Origin: Pseudomonadota bacterium | GTDB taxonomy: Bacteria > Pseudomonadota > Gammaproteobacteria > Pseudomonadales > Azotimanducaceae | Length of the DNA stretch: 64,000 nt | Assembly (NCBI GenBank): GCA_039029135.1 | Contig: JBCCGT010000002.1 | Span: 86,714-150,713, forward strand | Reading direction: 5' to 3' | Part shown: positions 47,965 to 56,543 of the stretch, in pieces | How the letters are laid out: each line of letters starts with the position of its first letter | Numbering within the stretch: the first letter of the stretch is position 1 | Notes under the pieces: generated by a model | Told to the model about the DNA's origin: nothing | Databases searched by the model: none | Seen by the model: the letters and a program-made list of their open reading frames with translations, nothing else | Made by a program: the position numbers and the translations under genes

Positions 47965-49503
47965 TTGCGCGCGCTCCCCCGCCCGGCGGATCGCGCCGCC
48001 CGCGTCCTGACGCTCGCTCTCACGCTGCTGCTGCTGGGCGCCGCGCCCGCGCGCGGCGCGCCAGGCGAACAAGGCGAGCAAGGCGCGCTCGTCACCGAAC
48101 GGCTGACCGCGAACGGCGTGCTCGGCAGCCAGCTCACCATGGCGGTCACGGGCGCCGACAGCGTGCGCGCGCGACAGGCCATGAACGCGGCGGTCGAAGA
48201 GATCAAGCGGCTTGAGGCGCTGCTATCGAGCTATCGGGACGACAGCGAGCTGAGCCGCCTGAACGCGAGCGGCGAGGTCGAGTCGGCATCCAACGATCTG
48301 CGCGCCGTGCTGGCGCTGTGCCAGCAGTACGCGGCCCGCCTGGACAATCACTTCAGCTGCGCGCTCGGCGCTCTCCGGCAGCGCTGGCAGACGGCCGAGG
48401 CGAACGCAGAGCTGCCCGACCGCATCGAGCAGCGCCGGCTGGCGCGCGAGACGCGCGGCGCCGCGATCGACCTGAGCAACGGCGGCGCGCGCATCGAAGC
48501 GCCCATCAAGCTCGACGTCGACGGCCTGGCGAAGGGCTACATCATCGACGCCGCGTTCGCGACGCTTGAGGCGCGCTATCCGACCGCAGCCGGCGCGTTC
48601 GTCAATATCGGCGGCGACGGCCGCTACGGCGGCGTGCGGGCGGACGGCCAGACCTGGCGGGTTGCGCTGCAGGGCGCCGACGCGCCGGGTACGCTGCAGC
48701 TGCCGGCGAGCGGCGCGGCCATCGCCGCGAGCGGCTCGAGCAGCCGCAGCTACACAGTCGGTCGCCGGACCTTCAGTCAGGTGCTCGCACCCCGCGACGG
48801 CTGGCCCGTCCATCAGCCGCCGCACACCTACGTCATGGCGCCCACCGCCGCGCTGGCGGACGCGATCGCGACCGGGCTTATGGTGATGCCGCCCGCGCGC
48901 AGCCTGGACTGGCTCGGCCAGCAGAGCGACGTCGAAGCGCTGCTGGTGCTGGTCGACGGCTACCAGCTGACGACCCCGCGGTTCAGATCCGCGCTCGTCG
49001 CCGCCGACGCTGCGCCGCCGGCACAGGGCTTCAGGCTCAGCTATGAGGTACCCGATATCGACGCGGGCGACTACCGGCGACCCTACATCGCGGTGTGGAT
49101 CACCGGCGCCGATCGACGCGTGGTGACGCAGCTGTTGCTGCGCGGCGACGCGGAGCGCTGGGCGCGCGAGAACACGCGCTGGTGGTCGGCCATCGGTCGC
49201 AGCAACACGGCGCTGTTCGACGCCATCGCCAGACCGACGCAGCGTCCGGGCGCGTATCAGGTCCACTGGGACGGCCACGACAGTCGCGGCACGCCGGTTG
49301 GCGACGAGCGGCTGATCCTGCACGTCGAGGCGGCGCGGGAATATGGCGACCACGACTACGTTCGGCTGCCGCTCGATCCGATGGGCGAGGCCATCGAGTT
49401 TCCGGGCAAGGGCGAGATCGGCCCGCTACGCCTCGAGTGGACCGCGACGCGCAGCCCCGCCATGGCGGCCGCGAGCGCGAATCGCAGCAGCGCCCCGCCG
49501 TAG
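47965..49503 (+). CDS. apbE: ApbE-type FAD:protein FMN transferase fused to a C-terminal DUF2271 domain
   Basis: TTG start; signal peptide. The ApbE pattern (LSRLN..., DVDGLAKGYIID, AIAASGSSSRSY) fills the first 350 aa or so. The C-terminal PYIAVWITGADRRVVTQLLLRGD...RWW...WDGHDSRGTPV resembles DUF2271. Confidence 0.7.
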   Translation: MRALPRPADRAARVLTLALTLLLLGAAPARGAPGEQGEQGALVTERLTANGVLGSQLTMAVTGADSVRARQAMNAAVEEIKRLEALLSSYRDDSELSRLNASGEVESASNDLRAVLALCQQYAARLDNHFSCALGALRQRWQTAEANAELPDRIEQRRLARETRGAAIDLSNGGARIEAPIKLDVDGLAKGYIIDAAFATLEARYPTAAGAFVNIGGDGRYGGVRADGQTWRVALQGADAPGTLQLPASGAAIAASGSSSRSYTVGRRTFSQVLAPRDGWPVHQPPHTYVMAPTAALADAIATGLMVMPPARSLDWLGQQSDVEALLVLVDGYQLTTPRFRSALVAADAAPPAQGFRLSYEVPDIDAGDYRRPYIAVWITGADRRVVTQLLLRGDAERWARENTRWWSAIGRSNTALFDAIARPTQRPGAYQVHWDGHDSRGTPVGDERLILHVEAAREYGDHDYVRLPLDPMGEAIEFPGKGEIGPLRLEWTATRSPAMAAASANRSSAPP

Positions 49504-49804
49504 CTTCGGCGTTCGTTGGGCGCGGCGATCCCGCCTCCGCCGTTCGACTGCGAACCTCACGCGGCGTTTACTCAAGGCGCCCTACCCTGTATTTCGACAC
49601 GGTCTGTTGCGCGGCGGCGTGTCGGCGTCGGGCGCCGGCTGATCCGCGACCATCCGAACGAGCCGTCGACGGGCTGCTACAGTTGCTTCGCGACGTCGGC
49701 GCGAGGAACAGCAGGTCGAACGCAAGATCCCGCGCGACAGGCGCACGAGGGAGAGAAGCGCGCGCCTGAGCGCACCAGAGGCTGGTGTTCGCGGCGCGAC
49801 TGAT

Positions 49805-52468
49805 TTGCCCAGGGCTGACGGAAGAACGGTGCCAGCAAGCTCAGCAGCACGACGAACGACGACTCCCGCCGCCAGCAAGGTGCTCTGCCTGCTGCTCTGC
49901 GCGACGTTTGGCGGCGGAGCGCGCGGCGAGAGTCAGGCCGCGCCGGCAGCATCCGATCCGGCAGCAGCGAACGCTGAGCGTGCCGAAGAAGAGCTGATCG
50001 AGGTCGTCGCGCAGCGACTGCGCTTCGGCGCGGGGGGCGCCATCGACCCGGAACAGTCGTTCGACCGCGACACGATTAGGGCGCTGGGCGTGAGCAGCCT
50101 CGACGAGCTGATCAGCGAGCTGGCGCCCGAGCTGCGCAGCGGCCGGGGGCGGAGCTCCGGTCCCCCGGTTGTGCTGGTCAACGGCCAGCGCATCGGCAGC
50201 TTTAACGAGGTCCGGCGCTATCCGCCGGAGGCCGTAGAGCGAGTCGAAATCTATCCGGAGGACGTTGCACTGCGCTTCGGGTTCCGACCGGAGCAGAAGG
50301 TCATCAACTTCGTGTTGCAGCCTCGCTTCCGCGCGGCGCCCGTCGCCACCAAGATCGCCGCCGCCAGCGACGGGGGCGCGGAGACAGCCGCGCTGGAGGC
50401 GGGCTATCTGCGCCTGCGCGATCGGCGCCGCCTGAACCTGACCGCACGTGTGTCCCGAGACCGACCGCTGCACGACTCTGACCGCAGCGTCGCGGTCCCG
50501 ACCGATCGGCCGGCGGGGCTGACAGGCAATCTGTTCCCGGCCGGCGAGCGCGCCGAGCTTGATCCCGCGCTCTCGGCACTCGCGGGCGAGCCGGTGTTCA
50601 GCGCCGCGATCCCGGTCCCGGCGCTAGCCCTCTCCGACTTCGCGGCTACCGCCAATCAAACCGCGACGACCTCGCAGGCAAGCGCCAGAACGCTGGTGCC
50701 CAAAAGCCGCGAAGCGCGGTTGACGGCCAGCCTCGCCCATCCGGTGGGCGAGCGGCGCTCGGCGAGCTGGTCCGCCGAGGTGTGGCAGTCGAGGTCCCGG
50801 GCAGAGCTCGGCCTTGCAGGCCTCACGATCGACGTGCCAAACGACCATCCGCGCTCGCCGTTCGCCGGCGTCGTCACCGCGGAGCGCCTGCTGCCCGAAA
50901 CGCTGCTGCGCGAAACGCAGAGCCGGCGCGTCAGCCTCAGCGCGACGCTCGCCGGCCAGCGCGCCGGCTGGAACTGGCTGGGGACGGCACGTTTCGACGA
51001 TCTGGAGCGGGACACCGAAACCGGGACGGGCGTCGACGCCGCCGCATTCGAGGCTGCGGTTAACGCGGGCGACGCGTCGATCGATCCCTTCGGCCCGCCC
51101 GCGTCGTTCACCATCGAGCCGCTGCGCGACCGCACCCGCCAGACCCAGTCGGCGCTCGAGCTGCAGACCAACGGCACTGCGTTCGGCGAGCGCCTGTCCA
51201 CGACCATCGCCGCCAGTCTGCGGCGCGACGAGATCGACAGCGTCACCGAGAGCCGGCTGGCGAGCGCGGCCGTGCAGCTCGAGCGCAACGGCGCGGCGCT
51301 CACGACCAGTTTTGACCTGTCGCTGTTCGAGGGCGCGCGACTGGGCAGCCTGTCGCTGAACGCCAATACCGGGCTGACCGGGTTGAGCGACTTCGACGCT
51401 CTACACCGACTCGGCGCGGGACTGGTCTGGCGGCCGAACTCGGCGCTGCGCGTCGTCGCGTCCTGGAGCAGCGAGGAGGACGCACCGACGCTGCCGCAGC
51501 TCGGAGACGCGATCAGCCGGAGCCCGAATCGACGCGTGTACGACTTCGCGAACGGCGCCGCGACGAACGCGATCCAGATCACCGGCGGCAACCCGAACCT
51601 GCGCGCGGCCGAGCGCCGGTTGGCGAGCGTCGCGCTGCGCTTGGAGCCGTTCGATGCGCACGATTTGTCGCTGTCGCTAAATCTGCTGCGACGCCGCACA
51701 CGGGATCCGGTCGTGACGCTGACTAATCCGAATGCAGAGGTCGAGGCTGCGTTTCCCGAGCGCTTTACGCGGGACGCGGCAGGAACACTCCTGAGCTTTG
51801 ACAGCCGCCCCATCAATCTGCATGCGAGCCGGCGCAGCGAGTTCGGCTGGACGCTGCGCTTCAGCCGCGCCGTGCGCTCGGAGGCCGCCGGTCCGACGCG
51901 CGGCCGCCCAGGCAGAGGGGGCCAGGCGTCGGCGCCGCGCCGCGGCGAGCGCCCGTTCGGCGGCGGCTGGCGAGGCTTCGGCTCGGGCCGCGGGCGCCTT
52001 GGCTTCTCGCTCGGTCACCGCGTGACCCTGCGGGACGACGCGAGATTCGGCCGCGATCTGCCGCTGCTGGATTTCGTCGGTCACACGGGCGCGGGGCGGG
52101 CGGACGGCGCGGAGCACGAGGTCAATCTGCGCGCGTTCTACGCCTATCGCTCGTGGAGCGGAAGACTGCAGTCGAGCTGGCAGAGCGCGACGACCACGCT
52201 GCCCGATCCGCTCGCCCCTCAGCTGAAGCGCGCCCCGCTGCTGCGCGTTGATCTCAGCGCGGCCTACACGGTATTGCCCCGCAGCCGGCTGGCACAGCGC
52301 TGGCCGCTGCTGGGTGGCACGCGCATTCGGCTGAGCGTCGACAATCTGTTCAACGCCCGACCGCAGGTGCGGGACGAGTTCAATCAGACGCCGCCGGGCA
52401 GTTCCAGGGCAGAACTCGATCCGCTCGGCCGATATTTCGGCCTGGAACTCCGCAGCGTGCTTCGTTAG
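49805..52468 (+). CDS. TonB-dependent-receptor-like outer-membrane protein with an Arg/Gly-rich insert (start uncertain)
   Basis: Plug-like region: IEVVAQR...SLDELISELAPEL...VVLVNGQRIGSFNEVRRYPPEAVERVEIYPEDVALRFGF. A long beta-rich remainder follows. The C-terminus is GRYFGLELRSVLR rather than a terminal Phe. Alternative starts: GTG at 49829 or 49880. Confidence 0.65.
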   Translation: MPRADGRTVPASSAARRTTTPAASKVLCLLLCATFGGGARGESQAAPAASDPAAANAERAEEELIEVVAQRLRFGAGGAIDPEQSFDRDTIRALGVSSLDELISELAPELRSGRGRSSGPPVVLVNGQRIGSFNEVRRYPPEAVERVEIYPEDVALRFGFRPEQKVINFVLQPRFRAAPVATKIAAASDGGAETAALEAGYLRLRDRRRLNLTARVSRDRPLHDSDRSVAVPTDRPAGLTGNLFPAGERAELDPALSALAGEPVFSAAIPVPALALSDFAATANQTATTSQASARTLVPKSREARLTASLAHPVGERRSASWSAEVWQSRSRAELGLAGLTIDVPNDHPRSPFAGVVTAERLLPETLLRETQSRRVSLSATLAGQRAGWNWLGTARFDDLERDTETGTGVDAAAFEAAVNAGDASIDPFGPPASFTIEPLRDRTRQTQSALELQTNGTAFGERLSTTIAASLRRDEIDSVTESRLASAAVQLERNGAALTTSFDLSLFEGARLGSLSLNANTGLTGLSDFDALHRLGAGLVWRPNSALRVVASWSSEEDAPTLPQLGDAISRSPNRRVYDFANGAATNAIQITGGNPNLRAAERRLASVALRLEPFDAHDLSLSLNLLRRRTRDPVVTLTNPNAEVEAAFPERFTRDAAGTLLSFDSRPINLHASRRSEFGWTLRFSRAVRSEAAGPTRGRPGRGGQASAPRRGERPFGGGWRGFGSGRGRLGFSLGHRVTLRDDARFGRDLPLLDFVGHTGAGRADGAEHEVNLRAFYAYRSWSGRLQSSWQSATTTLPDPLAPQLKRAPLLRVDLSAAYTVLPRSRLAQRWPLLGGTRIRLSVDNLFNARPQVRDEFNQTPPGSSRAELDPLGRYFGLELRSVLR

Positions 52469-52619
52469 TTGGACGCCTCGCGCAACCAACGCAAGTGAAC
52501 GCCGCGACGGTGCGCCGGGGCACAGCAGACTTGCACAGCAGACTTGGACACCCACGCTCGGCGTCAGCCCTTTCGAGGAACGGCTTGGTAAACTTCTGAC
52601 GCCAAAGGGAGGAAGCGCC

Positions 52620-54068
52620 ATGAGCAACCAGCAGGGTACAGAAACAAGCAAGCAGGACATCGACCGCGTCCTGGAACTGCAGCGCAAGAGCTATCTTGCC
52701 GAGGGCGTCGTATCCAACGCGACGCGACACGAGCGACTCGAGCGCGCGATCCAGGTGCTCAAGCGTAACGAGAACAAATTCGTCGAAGCGATGAGCGCCG
52801 ACTTCGGCCATCGCAGCGACCACCAATCTCGCTTCACCGACATCGCCGGATCGATTGGTCCCCTGCGCCACGCGCAGAAGCATCTGAAGTCCTGGAACCG
52901 ATCGGAAAAGCGCAAGGCCGGACCCTTCCCGCTGAATTTGCTGGGCGCCAAGGCGCGGGTCGACTACCAGCCCCTCGGTGTCGTCGGCGTGATCAGCCCG
53001 TGGAACTTTCCGGTTAATCTGACCTTCACCCCGCTCGCGGGCATCCTAGCCGCGGGCAACCGCTGCATGATCAAGCCGAGCGAGTACACGCCGGCCACGT
53101 CGGAGGCCATGCGCGAGGCGATCGGCAGCGAGTTCGATGAGGCCGAGATCGCCGTCGTCGTCGGCGGCCCGCAGACCGGCGCGGACTTTGCCGGTACCGC
53201 GTTCGATCACCTGCTGTTCACCGGCGCGACCTCGATCGCGAAACACGTCATGCGCGCGGCCTCAGAGAACCTGGTCCCGGTCACGCTGGAGCTAGGCGGC
53301 AAGTCGCCGGTCGTGGTCAGTCGCAGCGCGGACATGGACAAGACCGCGAGCGCGATCATGACCGGCAAGATGCTGAACGCCGGGCAGATCTGTCTGGCGC
53401 CGGACTACGTCATGGTGCCGCAAGAGCGCATGCCGGAGTTCGTCGAGTCGAGCCAGCAGGCGGTCGCAAAGATGTACCCGACCCTGCTCGACAACCCGGA
53501 CTACACCTCGATCGTCAACGAGCGCCACTTCGAACGCCTGAACGGCTACATCGAGGAAGCCCGCGAGAAAGGCCTCGAGGTCGTGGAGCTGAACCCGGCC
53601 GGCGAGGACTTCCGCCAGCAGCCGCACCACAAGATTCCCCCGACGCTGATCATGGATCCGGACGACGACCTGGCCGTGATGCAGGACGAGATCTTCGGGC
53701 CGGTGATGCCCGTCAAGGGCTACGACCAGGTCGACGACGCCGTCGATCGCATCAACGCCGGCGCCCGACCCCTGGGGCTGTACTACTTCGGCGAAGACAG
53801 CGCCGAGGAAGCGCGCGTCTTGGACCACACGACCTCGGGCGGCGTCACCGTCAACGACGTCGTCATGCACGTCGCGCAGGAAGACCTGCCATTCGGTGGC
53901 GTCGGCCCTTCCGGGATGGGCGCCTACCACGGCTACGACGGCTTCAAGACGTTCAGCCACGCGAAGGCCGTGTTCACCCAGTCGAAGCTGCCAGTCGCCG
54001 AGCTGGCGGGACTGCGGCCGCCATACGGCGAAAAGATCCTGAAGGCGATCAAACAGCAGATGCGCTAG
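52620..54068 (+). CDS. NAD(P)-dependent aldehyde dehydrogenase (coniferyl-aldehyde dehydrogenase-like, ALDH3-type)
   Basis: Strong RBS AAGGGAGGAA. Motifs ELGGKSP and the catalytic Cys in GQICLAPDY. The N-terminal region is CalB-like. Confidence 0.85.
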   Translation: MSNQQGTETSKQDIDRVLELQRKSYLAEGVVSNATRHERLERAIQVLKRNENKFVEAMSADFGHRSDHQSRFTDIAGSIGPLRHAQKHLKSWNRSEKRKAGPFPLNLLGAKARVDYQPLGVVGVISPWNFPVNLTFTPLAGILAAGNRCMIKPSEYTPATSEAMREAIGSEFDEAEIAVVVGGPQTGADFAGTAFDHLLFTGATSIAKHVMRAASENLVPVTLELGGKSPVVVSRSADMDKTASAIMTGKMLNAGQICLAPDYVMVPQERMPEFVESSQQAVAKMYPTLLDNPDYTSIVNERHFERLNGYIEEAREKGLEVVELNPAGEDFRQQPHHKIPPTLIMDPDDDLAVMQDEIFGPVMPVKGYDQVDDAVDRINAGARPLGLYYFGEDSAEEARVLDHTTSGGVTVNDVVMHVAQEDLPFGGVGPSGMGAYHGYDGFKTFSHAKAVFTQSKLPVAELAGLRPPYGEKILKAIKQQMR

Positions 54069-54193
54069 CAGCCGGTAGCAGGAGGAAGACCGCAGGAGCG
54101 AACGACGGGCCGACGGACGGTTGCGGGCCTGCGTGCAGGACCATGATCGAAACCCGCACAACCAGACACCCAGCGAACGAAGATCGATTCGTC

Positions 54194-54961
54194 ATGCGCG
54201 ATCGCGTTCTGGTCGCCTACGCCAGTCAGACCGGCCGCGCCGAGAAACTCGCGCGGCAGCTCTGAGAGCGCAATCCCGAGCGCTGCGACCTGTTCGCGCT
54301 CGGCGAACTCGACCCGATCGCACTGACCCGCTACGCGCGCCAGGTGTTTATCGTTTCGACCCACGGCGAAGGCAAGCCGCCAACCCGCGCCGTCGCTTTC
54401 TTCGCTTCCCTGCAGAACGCCGCGATCAATCTGGCCGGGGTGCAGTTTGCGGTCCTCGCACTCGGCAATCGCAGCTATGAATACTTCTGCGCCTTCGGCA
54501 AGGCGCTGCACGCGCGGCTCATCGGGCTGGGCGCCGCGGCGCGGGTGCCGCTGGTCGAGGTACACAACCACGACATGGCCGTGATCACGCACTGGCGTGA
54601 GAAGCTGCAGCTGACCTTCGAGCTGCGCACGGAAGAATCCACGGACTGGGTCATCGCGACCGTCATGGAGGCGCAGCCGCTGCCGGAAGCGGCTGCGGTC
54701 GAACTCGCGCTCTACGTGCAGTGCCTGGAGCAGGCGGAGGCCGCGGCGCTCGCCGTGCGCACGAGCCGCCATCAGCCGGAGGCCGAGGCGTTCATCGCCC
54801 GCATCGTCAGCGATCCGCAGAGTCCGTTCACCAGCATAAGGGTACCGACCGATACGGCGAGCGGACGCTACGCGCGATCGCTGCAGAAACTGGCCGCCAC
54901 CGAATCGGGCGACAAGTGGCTGGTGAAGACGCTGGAGCAGATGCCGGACGGCGGCGCGTGA
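54194..54961 (+). pseudogene. flavodoxin-like (CysJ/P450-reductase FMN-domain) gene interrupted by an in-frame TGA at 54263-54265
   Basis: The ATG at 54194 gives MRDRVLVAYASQTGRAEKLARQL[TGA]ERNPERCDLFALGEL...VFIVSTHGEGKPP...LALGNRSYEYFC. The FMN phosphate loop (SQTG) lies upstream of the stop, so the annotated 54344 ORF alone would be truncated. Confidence 0.45.
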
Positions 54962-55134
54962 CCGCGTCAGACCCGGCTCCGTCGTCGCGGACGGTGTGAA
55001 AGAGCCCCGCCACGACCTCGCAGCATGACGGCCGAGTTAGCGGCAGCCGCCGCAGCGCGTCCCCGGAATCGAATGAGATCGTTTAGGCTTGATCGCAATC
55101 GGGCCACACTCGCGGAGGCGGCGCGCCGACTGCC

Positions 55135-56160
55135 ATGGAACACGAACTGACAGACATCGACGCCGTTCAGGAGGCGGTGGGCCGGCTCGCCGGACCGCGC
55201 GACATGAAGGTGATCGACTTCATGGACGAACACGCGATTCGCTGGCTCGCGCACGCGACGCTGGGGATGCTCACGTCCGGAACCAATGCAAGCGATGCAT
55301 CGCAGGCGACTCTGGCCGCGACGCTCGCGGGCGGTCCTGCGGGTTTCGCCACGGCCGTGGACGCGACCATGCTGCAGGTGCCGGGTGCGCTCGTCGACGA
55401 CCCCGGGATCATGGTCGCCGGCAACGCCTTCGCCTCGCTGTGGCTGCTGCCCGGCATGACGGAGACCCTGCGGATCAACGGCCGGGTCGCCGACGTCGGC
55501 CCGGAACGCATACTGGTCGCGGTCGAGGAATGCTATCTGCACTGCGGCAAGGCGCTGATCCGCTCCGACTTCTGGGCGCCGGACGGCGTGTCGCCCGCGC
55601 CCACCGAGGTGACCGACTTCATCGCCGCGAGCCGGCTGCTGGGGCTTGCCACCCTGAGCGCGGACGGCCGAGCCGATCTGAGCCCAAAGGGCGATCCCGC
55701 CGGCGCGCTGCTGCGCGAGGCCAACGGTCACCTGTGGTATCCGGATCGACCCGGTAACCGTCGCATCGACAGCTTTCGCAACATCGTCGACCAGCCCCGG
55801 GTGGCGGCCATCGCGCTGATTCCCGGCAGCATCCATGCGCTGTACGTCGAGGCCGGCGCCCGCGTCAGCCGCGACCCCGAGCAGCTCGCCGCCTTCGCCG
55901 TCGGCGACAAGACGCCGCATCTGGTCACGCGCCTGCAGGCGACGCGGACTGACTTGCGTTCGAGCGCGGCGCTCGAACGCGCCGCGCTATGGCCCGCCGC
56001 GGCCGCGCCGACCGGTCTGCGAGCGGCGGAGATCTTCAAGACCCACGTCAAGCTGAGCAAGGAAAGCGGCCTGGGCGCCACCCTGACCCGGGCGGCGATC
56101 TCTATCCCGGGGGCGATGCGCCGCGGGCTGGAGAGCGACTACGAGAAGAACCTCTACTAA
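55135..56160 (+). CDS. pyridoxamine 5'-phosphate oxidase-related FMN-binding protein (tandem split-barrel)
   Basis: ETLRINGRV...HCGKALIRS and LSPKGDPAG...YPDRPGNRRIDSFRNI...ALIPG are characteristic of the PPOX-class FMN-dependent family. Confidence 0.6.
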   Translation: MEHELTDIDAVQEAVGRLAGPRDMKVIDFMDEHAIRWLAHATLGMLTSGTNASDASQATLAATLAGGPAGFATAVDATMLQVPGALVDDPGIMVAGNAFASLWLLPGMTETLRINGRVADVGPERILVAVEECYLHCGKALIRSDFWAPDGVSPAPTEVTDFIAASRLLGLATLSADGRADLSPKGDPAGALLREANGHLWYPDRPGNRRIDSFRNIVDQPRVAAIALIPGSIHALYVEAGARVSRDPEQLAAFAVGDKTPHLVTRLQATRTDLRSSAALERAALWPAAAAPTGLRAAEIFKTHVKLSKESGLGATLTRAAISIPGAMRRGLESDYEKNLY

Positions 56161-56183
56161 ACTGCGCTACCCGCCCGGTCGCT

Positions 56184-56208
56184 ACAATCGAGAATGAATC
56201 TCGTTTAG
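56184..56208. promoter_or_regulatory. Fur-box-like operator upstream of the DUF3649/PepSY unit
   Basis: acaatcGAGAATGAATCTCGTTTAg matches the 19-bp consensus at only 11 of 19 positions, but is near-identical to the 46903 box core (AATGAWTCTCGTTT). Confidence 0.5.
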
Positions 56209-56240
56209 ACTGAGTCTCCGATCGACCGGAGTTGTGCCTG

Positions 56241-56543
56241 ATGGCCACGGCGAAACGCTCGCGCCACAGTCGCTGGACGATCGCGGGCCGCGCCGCGACC
56301 GCGATTCTGCTGGGCTATGTGTTCGCCAACAGCGCGGGCCTGCTGCTGGCTCTCGCGCTGCCCGTTGACCGCATCACCGGTGTGCTCACCGGCACGATCG
56401 CCTCCTTCCTGCTTTGGGGCGCGGCCATAATGTGGGCCTTCTCGGTCACCAAAACCCGCACGGCGCTGCTGGGCTTAAGTTCGAGCATCACACTCTGCGC
56501 CGGCGGCGCGTACGGACTCTATCTGCTGGGAGGCACAGCATGA
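56241..56543 (+). CDS. DUF3649-like small membrane protein
   Basis: ATG at 56241. Three hydrophobic helices. Its position immediately upstream of, and overlapping, a PepSY_TM gene is typical for DUF3649. Confidence 0.55.
   Translation: MATAKRSRHSRWTIAGRAATAILLGYVFANSAGLLLALALPVDRITGVLTGTIASFLLWGAAIMWAFSVTKTRTALLGLSSSITLCAGGAYGLYLLGGTA

Noticed and set aside
46887-51816. Antisense ORFs 46887..48206, 48223..49353 and 50656..51816
   Set aside because: They lie opposite the EF-hand, ApbE and receptor-like genes, which have clear motifs. Their composition is typical of GC-rich off-frame artefacts.
54065-54772. 235-aa minus-strand ORF overlapping the flavodoxin-like gene
   Set aside because: It has no motifs, and the plus-strand frame shows a clear flavodoxin-domain pattern on both sides of the TGA.
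55066-55090. Fur-box-like sequence GAATCGAATGAGATCGTTTAGGC upstream of the PPOX-like gene
   Set aside because: It resembles the local ATGAGAATCGTTT variant but lacks one base in the core. That would shift the half-site spacing, so it is too weak to call without a binding test.
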